NCBI GenBank assembly: GCA_964016885.1
Contig: OZ024760.1
Span: forward strand, 19,778,001-19,842,000
Direction of reading: 5' to 3'
Length of the DNA stretch: 64,000 bases
DNA from: Eledone cirrhosa
Taxonomy: Eukaryota
In this document: in pieces, positions 27,351 through 41,487 of the stretch
How positions within the stretch are numbered: position 1 is the first letter of the stretch
Layout: each line of letters starts with the position of its first letter
Translations under genes and position numbers: made by a program
The notes under the pieces: model-generated
The model's input: only the letters and a program-made list of their open reading frames with translations
What the model was told of the DNA's origin: nothing
Databases searched by the model: none

Positions 27351-28608
27351 ATCATCATCATCATCATCATCACCGTTTTACGTCCGTTCTTCCACGCTAG
27401 CATGGGTTAGACGGGTTGTCCTGTTGTGGGCAGTGTCTGGTCGGCTGACCATGCCTTGCTCATACAGGAACTGATCTGGCTTGATTTCTACAGCTGGATG
27501 CCCTTCCTAACACCAACCTCATTTACAGTGAGTGCTGGGTGCTTTTTCGTGGCGCCTACACGTCCACTTTACAGTGTGGGCTGGGTGCTTTTTTGCCGTG
27601 GCACCTCCACGACCACCTTGCGGTGGGGGGGGGGGCATATTGTTTATATGCTTCAGCATGTACCCATGGGAGGTCGGGTACCCTGTATTACTGCGTGACG
27701 CCAGAAGTCACGGTCGTGTGTCATTGACTTTGAGAGGTGTAGTTGGGTAAGGTCGGCTTTTATCACCTCATCCCAAGTCATCTTGGGTCTCCCCACTCCG
27801 CGGTTTCCATCAACTTCTAGTGCTCTGCACCTTTTTATGCAGCTGTCATCCTTCATACGCATCACATGTCCATACCAGCGTAACCGCCTCTCCTGCACGC
27901 AGCATTTGATTCCTCTTATGCTCAGTCTCTCTCTCAATTCATTTATGCTTTGTCGTTCACGTATATTACTGTTACACATCCATCGGAGCATGCAGGCTTC
28001 GTTTCTCTCTAATCTACGTAAGTCTTCCACCTTCAGCGCCCAGGTCTCACTACCATGCAACATCGCTGTTCGGATACACGCATCATACAGTCTGCCTTTC
28101 ATTCTGAGGGAGAAGCCTTTTGCAGCTAGCAGTGGTAGTAGTTCCCTAAACTTCTTCCATCCCGTTCTTACCCTAGTTATTGTACTTTCTGAGCACCCAC
28201 CTCCGTTGCTAATTCGGTCACCTAGGTAGCAGAAGCTGTCTACTGTTTCTACAGGGCCCTCCCAGAGATTGGTGGTACTTGTTTCCTGTGGCTGTTTGCT
28301 TGCTGTTTCAGCACAGCTGCTGCATGTGAATCCTACATTCTTAATTAAGCTTCCTGAGATCCCGCTACATCTCTTGTGTACCCATTGTTTGCATGTGGGG
28401 CAAAGAATGGAGTTCCTACCTACACCTTTCCTACATACTGAGCAAGGCCATTTCCCTGAGGGGATCTGGGTTCTGTTTTCTCGTCTACTTATAAGGACCT
28501 TAGTCTTTGTCATGTTGACTTTGAGGCCCTTTCTCTCTAGTCCCTGCTTCCAGGTTTGGAATTTATTCTCTAGTTCTACCATAGATTCAGCTATGAGTGC
28601 GAGGTCAT
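27351..28608 (-). mobile_element. 5'-truncated RTE-clade LINE with 3' UTR, (GAT)n tail and long target-site duplication
   Basis: Open RT C-terminal reading frame, about 290-bp UTR and (GAT)n tail; AGACACAGACATACACATATA flanks both sides (27311 and 28617). Confidence 0.9.
27653..28606 (-). CDS. RTE reverse transcriptase, C-terminal portion with embedded PHD finger (truncated at the YADD motif)
   Basis: DLALIAES...[11 protein letters not shown]...FCYLG...KGRLY...MLHGSETW...[12 protein letters not shown]...GRPKMTW are RTE hallmarks; no stops over about 317 codons. Confidence 0.9.
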   Translation of the reverse strand, partial: DLALIAESMVELENKFQTWKQGLERKGLKVNMTKTKVLISRRENRTQIPSGKWPCSVCRKGVGRNSILCPTCKQWVHKRCSGISGSLIKNVGFTCSSCAETASKQPQETSTTNLWEGPVETVDSFCYLGDRISNGGGCSESTITRVRTGWKKFRELLPLLAAKGFSLRMKGRLYDACIRTAMLHGSETWALKVEDLRRLERNEACMLRWMCNSNIRERQSINELRERLSIRGIKCCVQERRLRWYGHVMRMKDDSCIKRCRALEVDGNRGVGRPKMTWDEVIKADLTQLHLSKSMTHDRDFWRHAVIQGTRPPMGTC

Positions 28609-28632
28609 ATATATATAGACACAGACATACAC

Positions 28633-28665
<33 letters not shown>

Positions 28666-28680
28666 GACACAGACATACAC

Positions 28681-28783
<103 letters not shown>

Positions 28784-28784
28784 C

Positions 28785-29033
<249 letters not shown>

Positions 29034-29162
29034 TGTAGGAGGTGAGTTATATTGTAGTACAATAAAGCAATGCAGATATCGGATAAGAAGCACTCTACAG
29101 TTTGTAGGACTGGAGTATACATAATATATAAGATCAAAAGATGGTTAAAGGAGTTCCATGTA

Positions 29163-29229
29163 TTTTATTATGCGCATTTCAAAAACAAACATCATCATGC
29201 AATAATATTTGTGTTTTCATCAGATAAAA
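29163..29229 (-). ncRNA. Hammerhead ribozyme (left-arm copy)
   Basis: Exact reverse complement of 29363-29429. Confidence 0.7.
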
Positions 29230-29362
29230 CAGGAGAACATGATATGAAGGCTAAAAAACACTTGTGGATAGTGCAGTTGATTTAAAACTGCACTTGTGGA
29301 TATGTTGATTTAAAACTGCACTATCCACAAGTGTTTTTTAGCCTTCATATCATGTTCTCCTG

Positions 29363-29429
29363 TTTTATCTGATGAAAACACAAATATTATTGCATGATGA
29401 TGTTTGTTTTTGAAATGCGCATAATAAAA
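29363..29429 (+). ncRNA. Hammerhead ribozyme, intact core, AUA site
   Basis: TTTTAT-CTGATGA-[AAA C ACAAATATTATT GCAT GATGATGTTTGT T TTT]-GAAA-TGCGCA-TA-ATAAAA; helix III palindrome ATGCGCAT. Confidence 0.75.
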
Positions 29430-29473
29430 TACATGGAACTCCTTTAACCATCTTTTGATCTTATATTATATAT

Positions 29474-29510
<37 letters not shown>

Positions 29511-29689
29511 TATACACACACACACACATGTATATATATTTTCTGTTGAAATCAAATACATAAAGACTTTTATTATGTCTGAAATCATATAATATTTATG
29601 ACCAATATGAAAACACCTACCACATGTAGAAGACCAGTAGATGCTAATACATCTAAATACACACACACACACACACTCACACAAATATA

Positions 29690-30615
29690 TATATATATAT
29701 ACACACATATATATATACTCACACACACACATATATATATGTATACATATATATATATATATAGACCCACACATACATATGTATATACATATAAGTTTCT
29801 ATGATGGACGTTAAATGATGATGATGATGATGATTATGTCGATGATATATACACACACACATATATATATACTCACACACACACACAGATATATATGTAT
29901 ACATATATATATATAGACACACACATATATATGTATACATATATATATATATATATAGACACACACATATATATGTATATACATATAAGTTTCTATGATG
30001 GACGTTAAACGATGATGATGATGATGATGATGATGATGATAAATATACACACACACACATATATATATATACTCACACACACACACACATATATATATGT
30101 ATACATATGTATATATAGACACACACATATATATGTATATACATATAAGTTTCTATATATATACATACACACACACATATATATATATACTCACACACAC
30201 ACATATATATCTATACATATATATATATATATAGACACACACATATATATGTATATACATATAAGTTTCTATGATGGACGTTAAACGATGATGATGATGA
30301 TGATATATATACACACACATATATATATATATACTCACACACACATATATATGTATACATATATATATATATATAGACACAAACATATATATGTATATAC
30401 ATATAAGTTTCTATATATATACATACACACACATATATATATATATATACTCACACACACACATATATATATACTCACACACACATATATATGTATACAT
30501 ATATAGACACACACATACATATGTATATACATATAAGTTTCTATATATATATATACACACACACACACACATATATATACATATATGCATATATATATAC
30601 ACATATATACATACA

Positions 30616-30657
<42 letters not shown>

Positions 30658-30660
30658 TAT
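29690..30660. repeat. Tandem microsatellite-containing units, some carrying an RTE tail tip (GGACGTTAAACGATGATG)
   Basis: ATAAGTTTCTAT marker recurs six times. Confidence 0.7.
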
Positions 30661-30822
30661 AACAACTGAGCCAAAATAATCAGTATTCACATGTTTCAAC
30701 ATTAATTATTTTTTACAATAAAACAATATTTTATTTGAAAAAATATATTTACATTAAAATTATATTTTACTCAATTATTTTTATCAGATATTAGAAATGA
30801 GAAATATCAAAATAATGAATAT

Positions 30823-31005
30823 GATTGGCAGTATTGGAAGAGAGTCAGATACCATGCTTTGACGCATAGAGTTACGGCCCTTGCCATTCTGAGTTCAAAT
30901 CCCGCCAAGGTTAACTTTGCCTTTCATCCTTATGGGGTCGATAAAATAAAGTACCAGTAATCCACTGGGTAATTGCTGGCCTTGTGCCAAAAGTAGAAAC
31001 AGTTA
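30823..31005 (+). mobile_element. SINE family A
   Basis: Core present. Confidence 0.8.
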
Positions 31006-31084
31006 TTATTATTATTAATAATATTATTATTTATTGAAGCATAAATATACATATTATTTTGAACATAATATTATACAAACAGTT

Positions 31085-32099
31085 TACCATATATGTATAT
31101 ATACTCGTGTATAAGTTGCACTTCTGTTTCACCATACATTTTCCACCCAGCAATTGACTTACACATAAAGTTTTGTACGTGTAGTACAATAGATAAGTCG
31201 CATGCTGGTTTTTTCACATGAGTCTTTAAAAAGCATCACTATAAACAATATATACTTGTGTATAAGTCTCACAGATAGATAAGTCAAACCCCTTTTTCTA
31301 GGTGTAATACATAAATCAGATGTTGGTTTTTACACGAGTCTATAAAGCATCTCTATATACAATATATACTTGTGTACAAGTCTCACAGGTAGATAAGTCA
31401 AACCCCCATTTTGTAGGTGTAATACATAAGTCACATGTTGGATTTTTACATGAGTGTATAAAGTATCTATATATACAATATATACTCGTGTATAATTCCT
31501 CACCCCGGTTTCATACATTTTATAGGTGCAATACATAAGTCGCATGTTGAGTTTTACACGAGTATATAAAGCATATATATATGCAATATATACTCGTATA
31601 TAAGACCCTCCTCCTCCCTCATTTCATACATTTTTAGGTGCAGTACAAGACTATATAAAGCATCTGTATATACAATATATACTTGTGTATAATTCTCATC
31701 CCCGCCATTTCCTACATTTTGTAGGTGCAATACATAAGTCAGATGTTGGATTTTACATGAGTATATAAAGCATATATACATGCAATATATACTCGTATAT
31801 AAGTTCCACCCCCATTTCATATAGGCAGTACATGAGTATATAAAACATCTATATATACTCGTGTATAAGTCTCACACCCATTTCATATATGCAGTACATG
31901 AGTATATAAAGCATCTATATATACTCGTGTATAAGTCCCACACCCATTTAAACATAATATTCTCAATTCAGTACTTGACTCACATATGAGGTTTTGTAGG
32001 TCTAGTACATAATTTATACACTGATTTTAAACAGACATTTTTTTTTCATTTTTATTTTCTTGAAAAAACTCAGCAACTTATACACAAGTATAAATGGTA
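31085..32099. mobile_element. Tc2/pogo-like non-autonomous DNA element with internally amplified TIR motif
   Basis: TA-CCATATA...TACTCGTGTATAAG at the left, CTTATACACAAGTATAAATGG-TA at the right; TATACTCGTGTATAAG repeated internally. Confidence 0.5.
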
Positions 32100-32324
32100 A
32101 TTTTATACATAATATTCTTGACTCAGTATTAGGCTTATATAAAAGATTTTATAAGTCTCATGCTGGTTTCAAATAGGTTTTTTTCCATGAAAATAAGTGC
32201 AACTTATACATAATTATATACAATAATTTTATAGTATGGACAAAATTAAATCAGAATTATGTAACAACTTTATAAAAGAGATAGAAATGGAAGTATCGTA
32301 AAACATATTTACATCATATTGTTA

Positions 32325-32755
32325 CTACAATATTGTAAATAAGACAATGAATATGATAACATATTGATACAATATTGATATAATATTGGAAATAAGACAA
32401 TGAATATAACATATTGATACAATATTGGAAATAAGGCAATGAATATGACAACATATTGATACAATATTGATATAATATTGATACAATATCGGAAATAAGG
32501 CAATGAATATGATTACATATTGATACAATATTGATATAATATTGGAAATAAAACAATGAATATAACATATTGATACAATATTGGAAATAAGGCAATGAAT
32601 ATGACTACATATTGATACAATATTGATATAATATTGATACAATATCGGAAATAAGGCAATGAATATGATTACATATTGATACAATATAGATATAATATTG
32701 GAAATAAAACAATGGATATGATAACATATTGATACAATATTGTAATTAAGACAAT
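32325..32755. repeat. AT-rich minisatellite (ATATTGATACAATATTG)
   Basis: Directly visible. Confidence 0.8.
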
Positions 32756-33356
32756 TTAATTACCAAAACAATAGCGAGCAACATATTTCAAACTGACAGC
32801 AAGGCTTAAGAGAAGCAAACCATATGTTATTGGCCTATGTTCTAGAGGAAAAGCAGTGAAATAGGTGAGAGGGTAGGGAGGTGAAGCATGAGGTAATCGC
32901 ATGAGGTAGTCACATGAGGTAGTCACATGGTTGGGGTAAGAAAGCATGAGGAAAATACTGAGGTTAACAGGAAGTCATCAAATATATATACAGAGACCAA
33001 AGCTGGGTACATGCATAGTATGTTGACAGAATAATCAGTTTTTTGTATGTTTATGTAAAATAATACTTCATATCTAAACTGTAACAAGTCCCTAATATAT
33101 GCTCAAACACCCCAATGTTACAGGCCCTGATGGTGTGGGAGAAGCATTCTCTGGTATGTAGGAGCCCAGGTGTAGGACACCTCGTGGTGTCCTACACCTG
33201 GGCAAACAGAATAGAGAAAACTTTGCCCTAAAGGATGGCAAGAGAGAAGCGAGGTGTTGAAATAGCAATTTTGACTCACAAAGCTCACTCCTGCAAGTGG
33301 CCATCTCTGATATGCTCCTATAGCAGCTAATAAGGAAGGTGGTTGAGGTGGTTCGA

Positions 33357-34157
33357 GGACCCAGAACATCGGAAGTCTCCCCTGCTATACATTCGGGGGA
33401 CTCAGAATGACAGAAGTCTCTCCTGCTACACATTCGGAGGCCCAGAATGACAGAAGTCTCCCCTGCTATACATTCGGGGGACTCAGAATGACAGAAGTCT
33501 CTCCTGCTACACATTCAGAGACCCAGAATGACAGAAGTCTCCCCTGCTATACATTCGGAGACCCAGAATGACAGAAGTCTCTCCTGCTACACATCCAAGG
33601 ACCCAGAATGACAGAAGTCTCTCCTGCCACACATCCAAGGACCCAGAATGACAGAAGTCTCTCCTGCTACACATCCAAGGACCCAGAATGACAGAAGTCT
33701 CTCCTGCTACACATCCAAGGACCCAGAATGACAGAAGTCTCTCCTGCCACACATTCGGAGACCCAGAATGACAGAAGTCTCTCCTGCCACACATTCGGAG
33801 GCCCAGAATGACAGAAGTCTCCCCTGCTATACATTCGGAGGCCCAGAATGACAGAAGTCTCTCCTGCTACACATCCAAGGACCCAGAATGACAGAAGTCT
33901 CTCCTGCTACACATCCAAGGACCCAGAATGACAGAAGTCTCTCCTGCTACACATCCAAGGACCCAGAATGACAGAAGTCTCTCCTGCTACACATCCAAGG
34001 ACCCAGAATGACAGAAGTCTCTCCTGCTACACATCCAAGGACCCAGAATGACAGAAGTCTCTCCTGTTACACATTCGGGGACCCAGAGCATCGGAAGTCT
34101 CCCCTGTTACACATTCGGGGCCCAGAACATCGGAAGTTTCTCCCATGCTACACATTC
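33357..34157. repeat. 40-bp minisatellite, about 19-20 copies
   Basis: ACCCAGAATGACAGAAGTCTCTCCTGCTACACATCCAAGG. Confidence 0.95.
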
Positions 34158-34864
34158 GATGATGAACTTATCAGAGAGCCTATGATACATCAATCAACAG
34201 CTTGTGATCTTAAAAATTTATTTTCTTTTTTGTCATCGTCATATAAACTATTTAATCATATTGACAAGTACGCAGAAATGTCTAAAAGAATATTGGTAAA
34301 ATTTCTGCTGCTTCTTCATTCCCATCAATCCAAATTTTTGACAGAAAGGAAGAGGCACACAAAAGAAGCAATGAGGAGAATTAAATGTTGATATATATTT
34401 TTAGTTTGGTAGAAAAACGTTGTTTTTATTTATTTAATTCAACGGATAAAGAAAAAGTAAATATAAAATGAAATGATGAAATGATGATGGCTTATTTTCT
34501 TGGATTTTATGAGATTTAGACTAGAAATTTTCCTTTAATCAAACAAAAAAAATAATAAATAAAATAAACAAACATAAAGACTTGACGTAAAACTGCAGTG
34601 AAGCATAGCATTTAATATGTTCCGATAATTTCTGGTTGAATGAAAACACAAACTTAATCTTCAGAAATATAATAAAGTGCTTTTTCTCTACTGAAGAGGA
34701 GTGGATAAAGAATGAATTTGAATCTCTTTCACTCTCTCTCTCTATCTCTCTCTCTCTCTTTCACTCTTTCTTTCTCTCTCTCTGTTGAACAATAGGTGAA
34801 GAATGCCTCATTCTACAGAGAAGTAAGTAGTATGTGAAGTATGGCTTCGAATCACTCTTTGCTG

Positions 34865-35165
34865 TAAAGAATGTCTTGGGACACCTCTCACTCTCACTCT
34901 AATACACACACCTACACAAACACACTCTCTCACATTCCTACTCTCTCTCTCTCACTAACGGGGATTTGTCTATAAAGAATGTCTTGGGACACCTCTCACT
35001 CTCACTCTAATACACACACCTACACAAACACACTCTCTCACATTCCCACTCTCTCTCTCTCACTAACAGGGATTTGTCTATAAAGAATGTCTTGGGACAC
35101 CCCACCCCCCTCTCACCCTCACACATATACATCCTCTCGCAAGGAGTAGTCTATAAAGAATGGCT
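34865..35165. repeat. About 107-bp tandem repeat, 2.5 copies
   Basis: TAAAGAATGTCTTGGGACACC at 34865, 34972 and 35080. Confidence 0.8.
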
Positions 35166-35397
35166 TAGAATCTCTCTCTCTCTCTCTCTCACTCTCTACA
35201 GAGGAGGAATCAAACCCACAACCCTATGATTAAGAGTCCAACACACTAACTACAAGGCCAGGTGTCTTCACTACTCCAAGAGCGATGCCTTTAGGCGATG
35301 ACTGGTTTCTATCTAGAATTACAATGACATTTTTATGATAGATTTCAAACAGAAACAAGCTTGTCAGAGCGTAGCAAATTATTTCTAATTTATAATT

Positions 35398-35484
35398 TAG
35401 TATCGGAGCTGTGATCTTTCAATTTGGAGAAGTAACAGTAGAGCTGCTACTTCTCTCAATTGAGAAATCACAGCTCTGATACTA
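35398..35484. repeat. 87-bp imperfect hairpin
   Basis: TAGTATCGGAGCTGTGAT...GAGAAGTAACAG / CTGCTACTTCTC...ATCACAGCTCTGATACTA. Confidence 0.8.
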
Positions 35485-35738
35485 CGGGCATGTGGTTAGA
35501 ATGTCTCAGGAAAGAATCACTGGACAGATCTTACAGACAAAACCAACTGGCAGGAAACCCAGGGGGTAGACCCTGAGCAAGATGGTTGGATAACATCCAT
35601 GAACTTAGCTGGTCTCACTTGGAGATCCAGCTGGATCAGTTGGAGACAGTTGCTTCTGACAGGAGCTGCTGAAAAGAGTGGTTAAGGACTCTGCCCCACA
35701 CAACCCTCTCAGGAATAAGGGGATGAAGAAGAAGAAGG
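35483..35738 (+). mobile_element. Degenerate RTE LINE 3' end (different family)
   Basis: YGHVVRMSQERITGQILQTKPTGRKPRG/RP*ARWLDNI, with a (GAA)n tail. Confidence 0.7.
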
Positions 35739-36423
35739 CACAAACCCAGCAATTTGTGGGAAGGGAGAAGTTGATTACATCAATCCAGTATTTCACTTTA
35801 TTTTATCAACACCAGAAGGATAGAAGGCAAAGTTGACCCTGGCAGGATTTGAACTCAGAGTGTCAAAAACTGGGACAAATAGCCCCTCCTTTCCACCCGG
35901 GGTATTTTGTCCAATACTTTAACAATTCTTCCTATCCTTAGCATGTAGTCAGTGCTGGATTTCAAACAAATGAGGCCCTAGTTAAGTTATGAGGCTCCTT
36001 ACTTGGGCCCTGAAGGTAAAATATTTGTAGGGCAGGAATATGGGGGGGGGGGCACCTCCTGGCCAATGGGGCCCTATGCTTAAGCACACCTAAACACAAA
36101 GGTAATTCCATCTTAGTATGTAGTAAATAAAAACAATACATCAACATGTTGAGGTTTCATGTTATTCAAAGTGACCTGATACATAATATATTTTCTATAG
36201 TGTTGGTCGAGAGGGAGAGAGGTGATGGTACAACATTATAGTTCACAGAACCCCTTGAAGTCATGGTACCAGTAAGATTGATGGGGTTCAATGGGGTTGA
36301 TGTGTTTTTAGCAGTTGCAAATCAACAGCTGCACCAGAAACGTATGCGAGGGGAATATACACGTTTTTGCCTGAGTGTGTCTTTATATACATACATATAC
36401 GTATATATATATATATACACCAC

Positions 36424-36502
<79 letters not shown>

Positions 36503-36838
36503 TATATATATATATATACACACGCACATATATATATATATACACATATATATATATGTATATATACACATATATATATATATATATATATAAACACATA
36601 TATATATATATATATATATAAACACATATATATATATATATATATATAAACACATATATATATATATATATATATAAACACATATATATATATATATATA
36701 TATAAACACACATATATATATATATATATATAAACACATATATATATATATATATATAAACACATATATATATATATACACATAAACACATATATATATA
36801 TATATATATAAACACATATATATATATATACACATATA

Positions 36839-37147
<309 letters not shown>

Positions 37148-37148
37148 G

Positions 37149-37243
<95 letters not shown>

Positions 37244-37621
37244 GTGTGTGTGTGTATGTCTACACATATGTGTATATGCAAACATATATACATATATATA
37301 TATGTATATGTGTAGGTATATATATATGTGTGTGTATGTATGTGTCTGTAAAAATCTTACTCTAAAGTTCAAGCCACCATAGACCTTTTAAGCTGTAGGC
37401 GAGAAGAAAATCAAATACATCAACATAAACTTTAAAGACAGGTACCAAATATAATATATATATATACACACAAACTCATACCTATATACAATATACATAC
37501 ATACATGCATACATATACACACATACATACATACATACACACACATATATTCTTTGATTGAGTCTACATGAAGGAGGATTCTTGCTAACATTTCTAAATG
37601 TCAGAGTGTTCACTCTGTATG

Positions 37622-37653
<32 letters not shown>

Positions 37654-37824
37654 TATATACTGTATATGTGTGTGTATGTGTGAGTGTGTGTGTATGAAAG
37701 AGTGTTCTGCAAGTATTTAAGTCTTTAGTATTCAGAAATAAAGAGATATGTAAAAATAAAATTAAGAAAATATATAAAATATATATATATCAAAGAGACG
37801 GACTTGATCGATAGATTAGATTAT

Positions 37825-38446
37825 GAGAATATTCCAGTTGAAACCAGAATGTTCCAGTTGATACCAGAATATTTCAGTTGAAACCAGAATAGTCCAGTTG
37901 ATACCAGAATATTTCAGTTGAAACCAGAATGTTCCAGTTGAAACCAGAATGTTCCAGTTGATACCAGAATGTTCCAGTTGAAATAAGAATGTTCCAGTTG
38001 ATACCAGAATATTTCAGTTGAAACCAGAATATTCCAGTTGAAACCAGAATGTTCCAGTTGAAACCAGAATGTTCCAGTTGAAACCAGAATGTTCCAGTTG
38101 ATACCAGAACATTTCAGTTGAAACCAGAATAGTCCAGTTGATACCAGAATGTTCCAGTTGAAACCACAATGTTTCAGTTGAAACCAGAATGTTCCAGTTG
38201 AAACCAGAATATTCCAATTGATACCAGAATATCTCAGTTGAAACCAGAATAGTCCAGTTGATACCAGAATATTCCAGTTGAAACCAGAATGTTCCAGTTG
38301 AAACCAGAATGTTTCAGTTGAAACCAGAATGTTCCAGTTGAAACCAGAATATTTCAGTTGAAACCAGAATAGTCCAGTTGAAACCAGAATGTTCCAGTTG
38401 AAACCAGAATGTTCCAGTTGAAACCAGAATGTTCCAGTTGAAACCA
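37825..38446. repeat. 20-bp minisatellite, about 31 copies
   Basis: GTTCCAGTTGAAACCAGAAT. Confidence 0.95.
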
Positions 38447-39374
38447 GGACAAATGTGATTCAACAAGACTGATCAAGGATCCATGCCATTTTCTCTCCTG
38501 CACACATCTCATGCTCAGCTCTTCCATCCTTCGGTGTTCATGGTTCATGCTAGTTTTTCATATTTCTGTAGTAAAAGGTATATATCATCATCATCATCAT
38601 CATCGTTTAACGTCTATCTTCCACGCTAGCATGGGTACATATATATATATACACACATACACACACACACATCTGTATATATATATACATATATATATAT
38701 ATACATACACACACATACACACACATATACACATACATACATACACACACACACACACATACATATACACACACATACATATACACACATACACACACAC
38801 ATATGTATGTATATATATATATATATATACACATATACATATATATATACATACATATACACATATACATATACATAATTATACATACATATAGAAATAT
38901 ACATACATATACATACACATATATATATATACGCACACATATGTATGTATATATATATATACACGTATACATATATATACATACATATACACATATACAT
39001 ATACATACATATACATAATTATACATACATATAGAAATATACATACACATATATATATATATATGTATGTATATATGTATATGATAGGAAGAAAATGAAG
39101 GTTATTGAACTCCTGTTTGACTCAAATATTCCTACTACAGACTCCATTAATATAATAACATATTATTATAATTTATAACTGCAAAATTTGTTTTTTATAT
39201 TTTAAATCATGTTTTTTATATTTTACAGACTTAGCAGAAAAGTTTTTAGATTCTAGATCAAAAAATATTTATCATTTTTATCTTACATATTTATGGCACC
39301 AACCATGAAAATATGGGTGGAATTCTTCAAAAATAATTTCATAAATGTTTCTTAATTCCTCAATTTCATTTATT

Positions 39375-39699
39375 CATCATCATCATCATCACCGTTTTAC
39401 GTCCGTTCTTCCACGCTAGCATGGGTTAGATGGGTTGTCCTGTTGTGGGCAGTGTCTGGTCGGCTGACCATGCCTTGCTCATACAGGAACTGATTCTGGC
39501 TTGATTTCTACAGCTGTATGCCCTTCCTAACACCAACCTCATTTACAGTGAGTGCTGGGTGCTTTTTCGTGGTGCCTACACGTCCACTTTACAGTGTGGG
39601 CTGGGTGCTTTTTTGCCGTGGCACCTCCACGACCACCTTGCAGTGGGAGGGTGTGGGGGCATTGTCTATATGCTTCAGCTTGTACCCATGGGAGGTCGG

Positions 39700-39702
<3 letters not shown>
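39375..39702 (-). mobile_element. Solo 3' UTR of the 27-kb RTE family
   Basis: Near-identical to 27351-27682, including the ORF-end junction CCCATGGGAGGTCGGGTAC. Confidence 0.85.
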
Positions 39703-39734
<32 letters not shown>

Positions 39735-40369
39735 AGGAAGTTATAGTTCACTTGAAGCGTTCTGTAATGAGGTATAAACGTTTGTATATGTATAGGCAAG
39801 CTATTTAGAACACTGGTTTAACCACTTTACTTCCCTCCGAAGAAGAGATATTATCTCAAAAATTAAGGACATTTAAATAAATCTAAGGTAAAAGACTAAT
39901 TGTCAACAATATCTTTTGCATTTGCATTCTTTATTCTATGTCCATACCTGCATTGTTTTGGCTTTATTATACATATACAAACGTTTCTAGAAGAGAATAT
40001 CTTTAAAACAAAAGGAGAACCTAATCCCTAATTAGAATCGCTAGATAATAAAGCCTGGAGGAAGAAAGCTGTATATTATAATGTTGCTGAAAGAAGTAAA
40101 GACTGTTGGCCATTATCAGAAACTGAGTCAATTCCAAGCAGTGATAAATGGTAACTAAAGTATTTTACTAGCCTAAGTGACATTAGTGAAAGCAAGAGAG
40201 AAAGTTGCAGCCATTAGACAGCAATTTTAACATCACAGATTGCACTCATTCCATCTGTCTCTCATCAATAATTAATATAGTTTTAATGGAAGATAAACAA
40301 ATACACTGCTGACCTAGATTGATGTTAATATTGTTGGTTCTTGGTTGGTTATCAATGGGGAACAACTGG

Positions 40370-41487
40370 AGGATAGAGATATATGAGGAGGGGTGGAAAG
40401 ATATAGGGGAGGTGATGGTGTTGAGCTGGTGTGGGGCTTTGTTAGGGGCTGGTGAGGGTTGGTGGTATATGGGGAGGTTGGTGATGGTTTGTTGGAGGTT
40501 GGTGAGGGTTGGTGGGTAGTGGTGTGGGTTAGAGATATATGAGGAGGGGTGGAGAGATATAGGGGAGGTGATGGTGTTGAGTTGATGTGGGGCTTTGTTG
40601 GGGGCTGGTGAGGGTTGGTGGTATATGGGGAGGTTGGTGATGGTTTGTTGGTGGTTGGTGAGGGTTGGTGGGTAGTGGTGTGGGTTAGAGATATATGAGG
40701 AGGGGTGGAGAGATATAGGGGAAGTGATGGTGTTGAGCTGATGTGGGGCTTTGTTGGGGGCTGGTGAGGGTTGGTGGTATATGGGGAGGTTGGTGATGGT
40801 TTGTTGGAGGTTGGTGAGGGTTGGTGGTATATGGGGAGGTTGGTGATGGTTTGTTGGAGGTTGGTGAGGGTTGGTGGGTAGTGGTGTGGGTTAGAGAGAT
40901 ATGAGGAGGCTAGTGGAGGTTTGTTGGAGGTTGGTGGCGTTTGTTGGAGGTTAGTGAGGGTTGTGGGGGTTGGTGGGTGGTGATATGGGTTGGTGAGGGG
41001 TTTGATGATGTGGGGTGGTGAGGGTTGGTGAGGGGTTTGATGGCGCGGGGTGGTGGGGGTTGGTGTGGGTGGTGGGGTTTGGTGAGGGGTTTGATGGCGT
41101 GGGATGATATTGTGGGTGTTGGAGGTGTGGCGCTGTGGATGTGAAGATATGGTAAGGAGGGTTGATGGAGGTGGCCATATATGGATTATAGGGCTAGGGT
41201 TGGGTCTGGAGATGTAAATAAAGGGATCAGTTGAAGCAGCTGATATAGATTGGTGATGTGGGTGGGTGGAGGTGATGTGCTGCTGTAGATCTGAAGATAT
41301 GGGGATGTAGAGATGGCAATGAGGGTTGGTGATGTGGGTGAGTGGAGGGGGAGTGTTGACAAGATGTGGAGGGGGAGAGTTGACAAGATGTGGAGGGGGA
41401 GTATTGACAAGATGTGGAGGGGGAGTATTGACAAGATGTGGAGGGGGAATGTTGACAAGATGTGGAGGGGGAGTGTTGACAAGATGT
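40370..41487. repeat. G-rich tandem repeats, including a 24-bp unit x6 at 41343-41487
   Basis: GGTTGGTGAGG motifs; TGGAGGGGGAGTGTTGACAAGATG. Confidence 0.85.

Larger units (their letters stand above)
29126..29466. mobile_element. Perfect 153-bp fold-back element with an HHR in each arm
   Basis: Arms 29126-29278 and 29314-29466 are reverse complements; 35-bp spacer; flanked by AT-rich sequence. Confidence 0.9.

Noticed and set aside
33357-34157. CRISPR-like regular arrays (also at 37.8 and 57.5 kb)
   Set aside because: No unique spacers, no cas genes, and a eukaryotic context; these are ordinary minisatellites.
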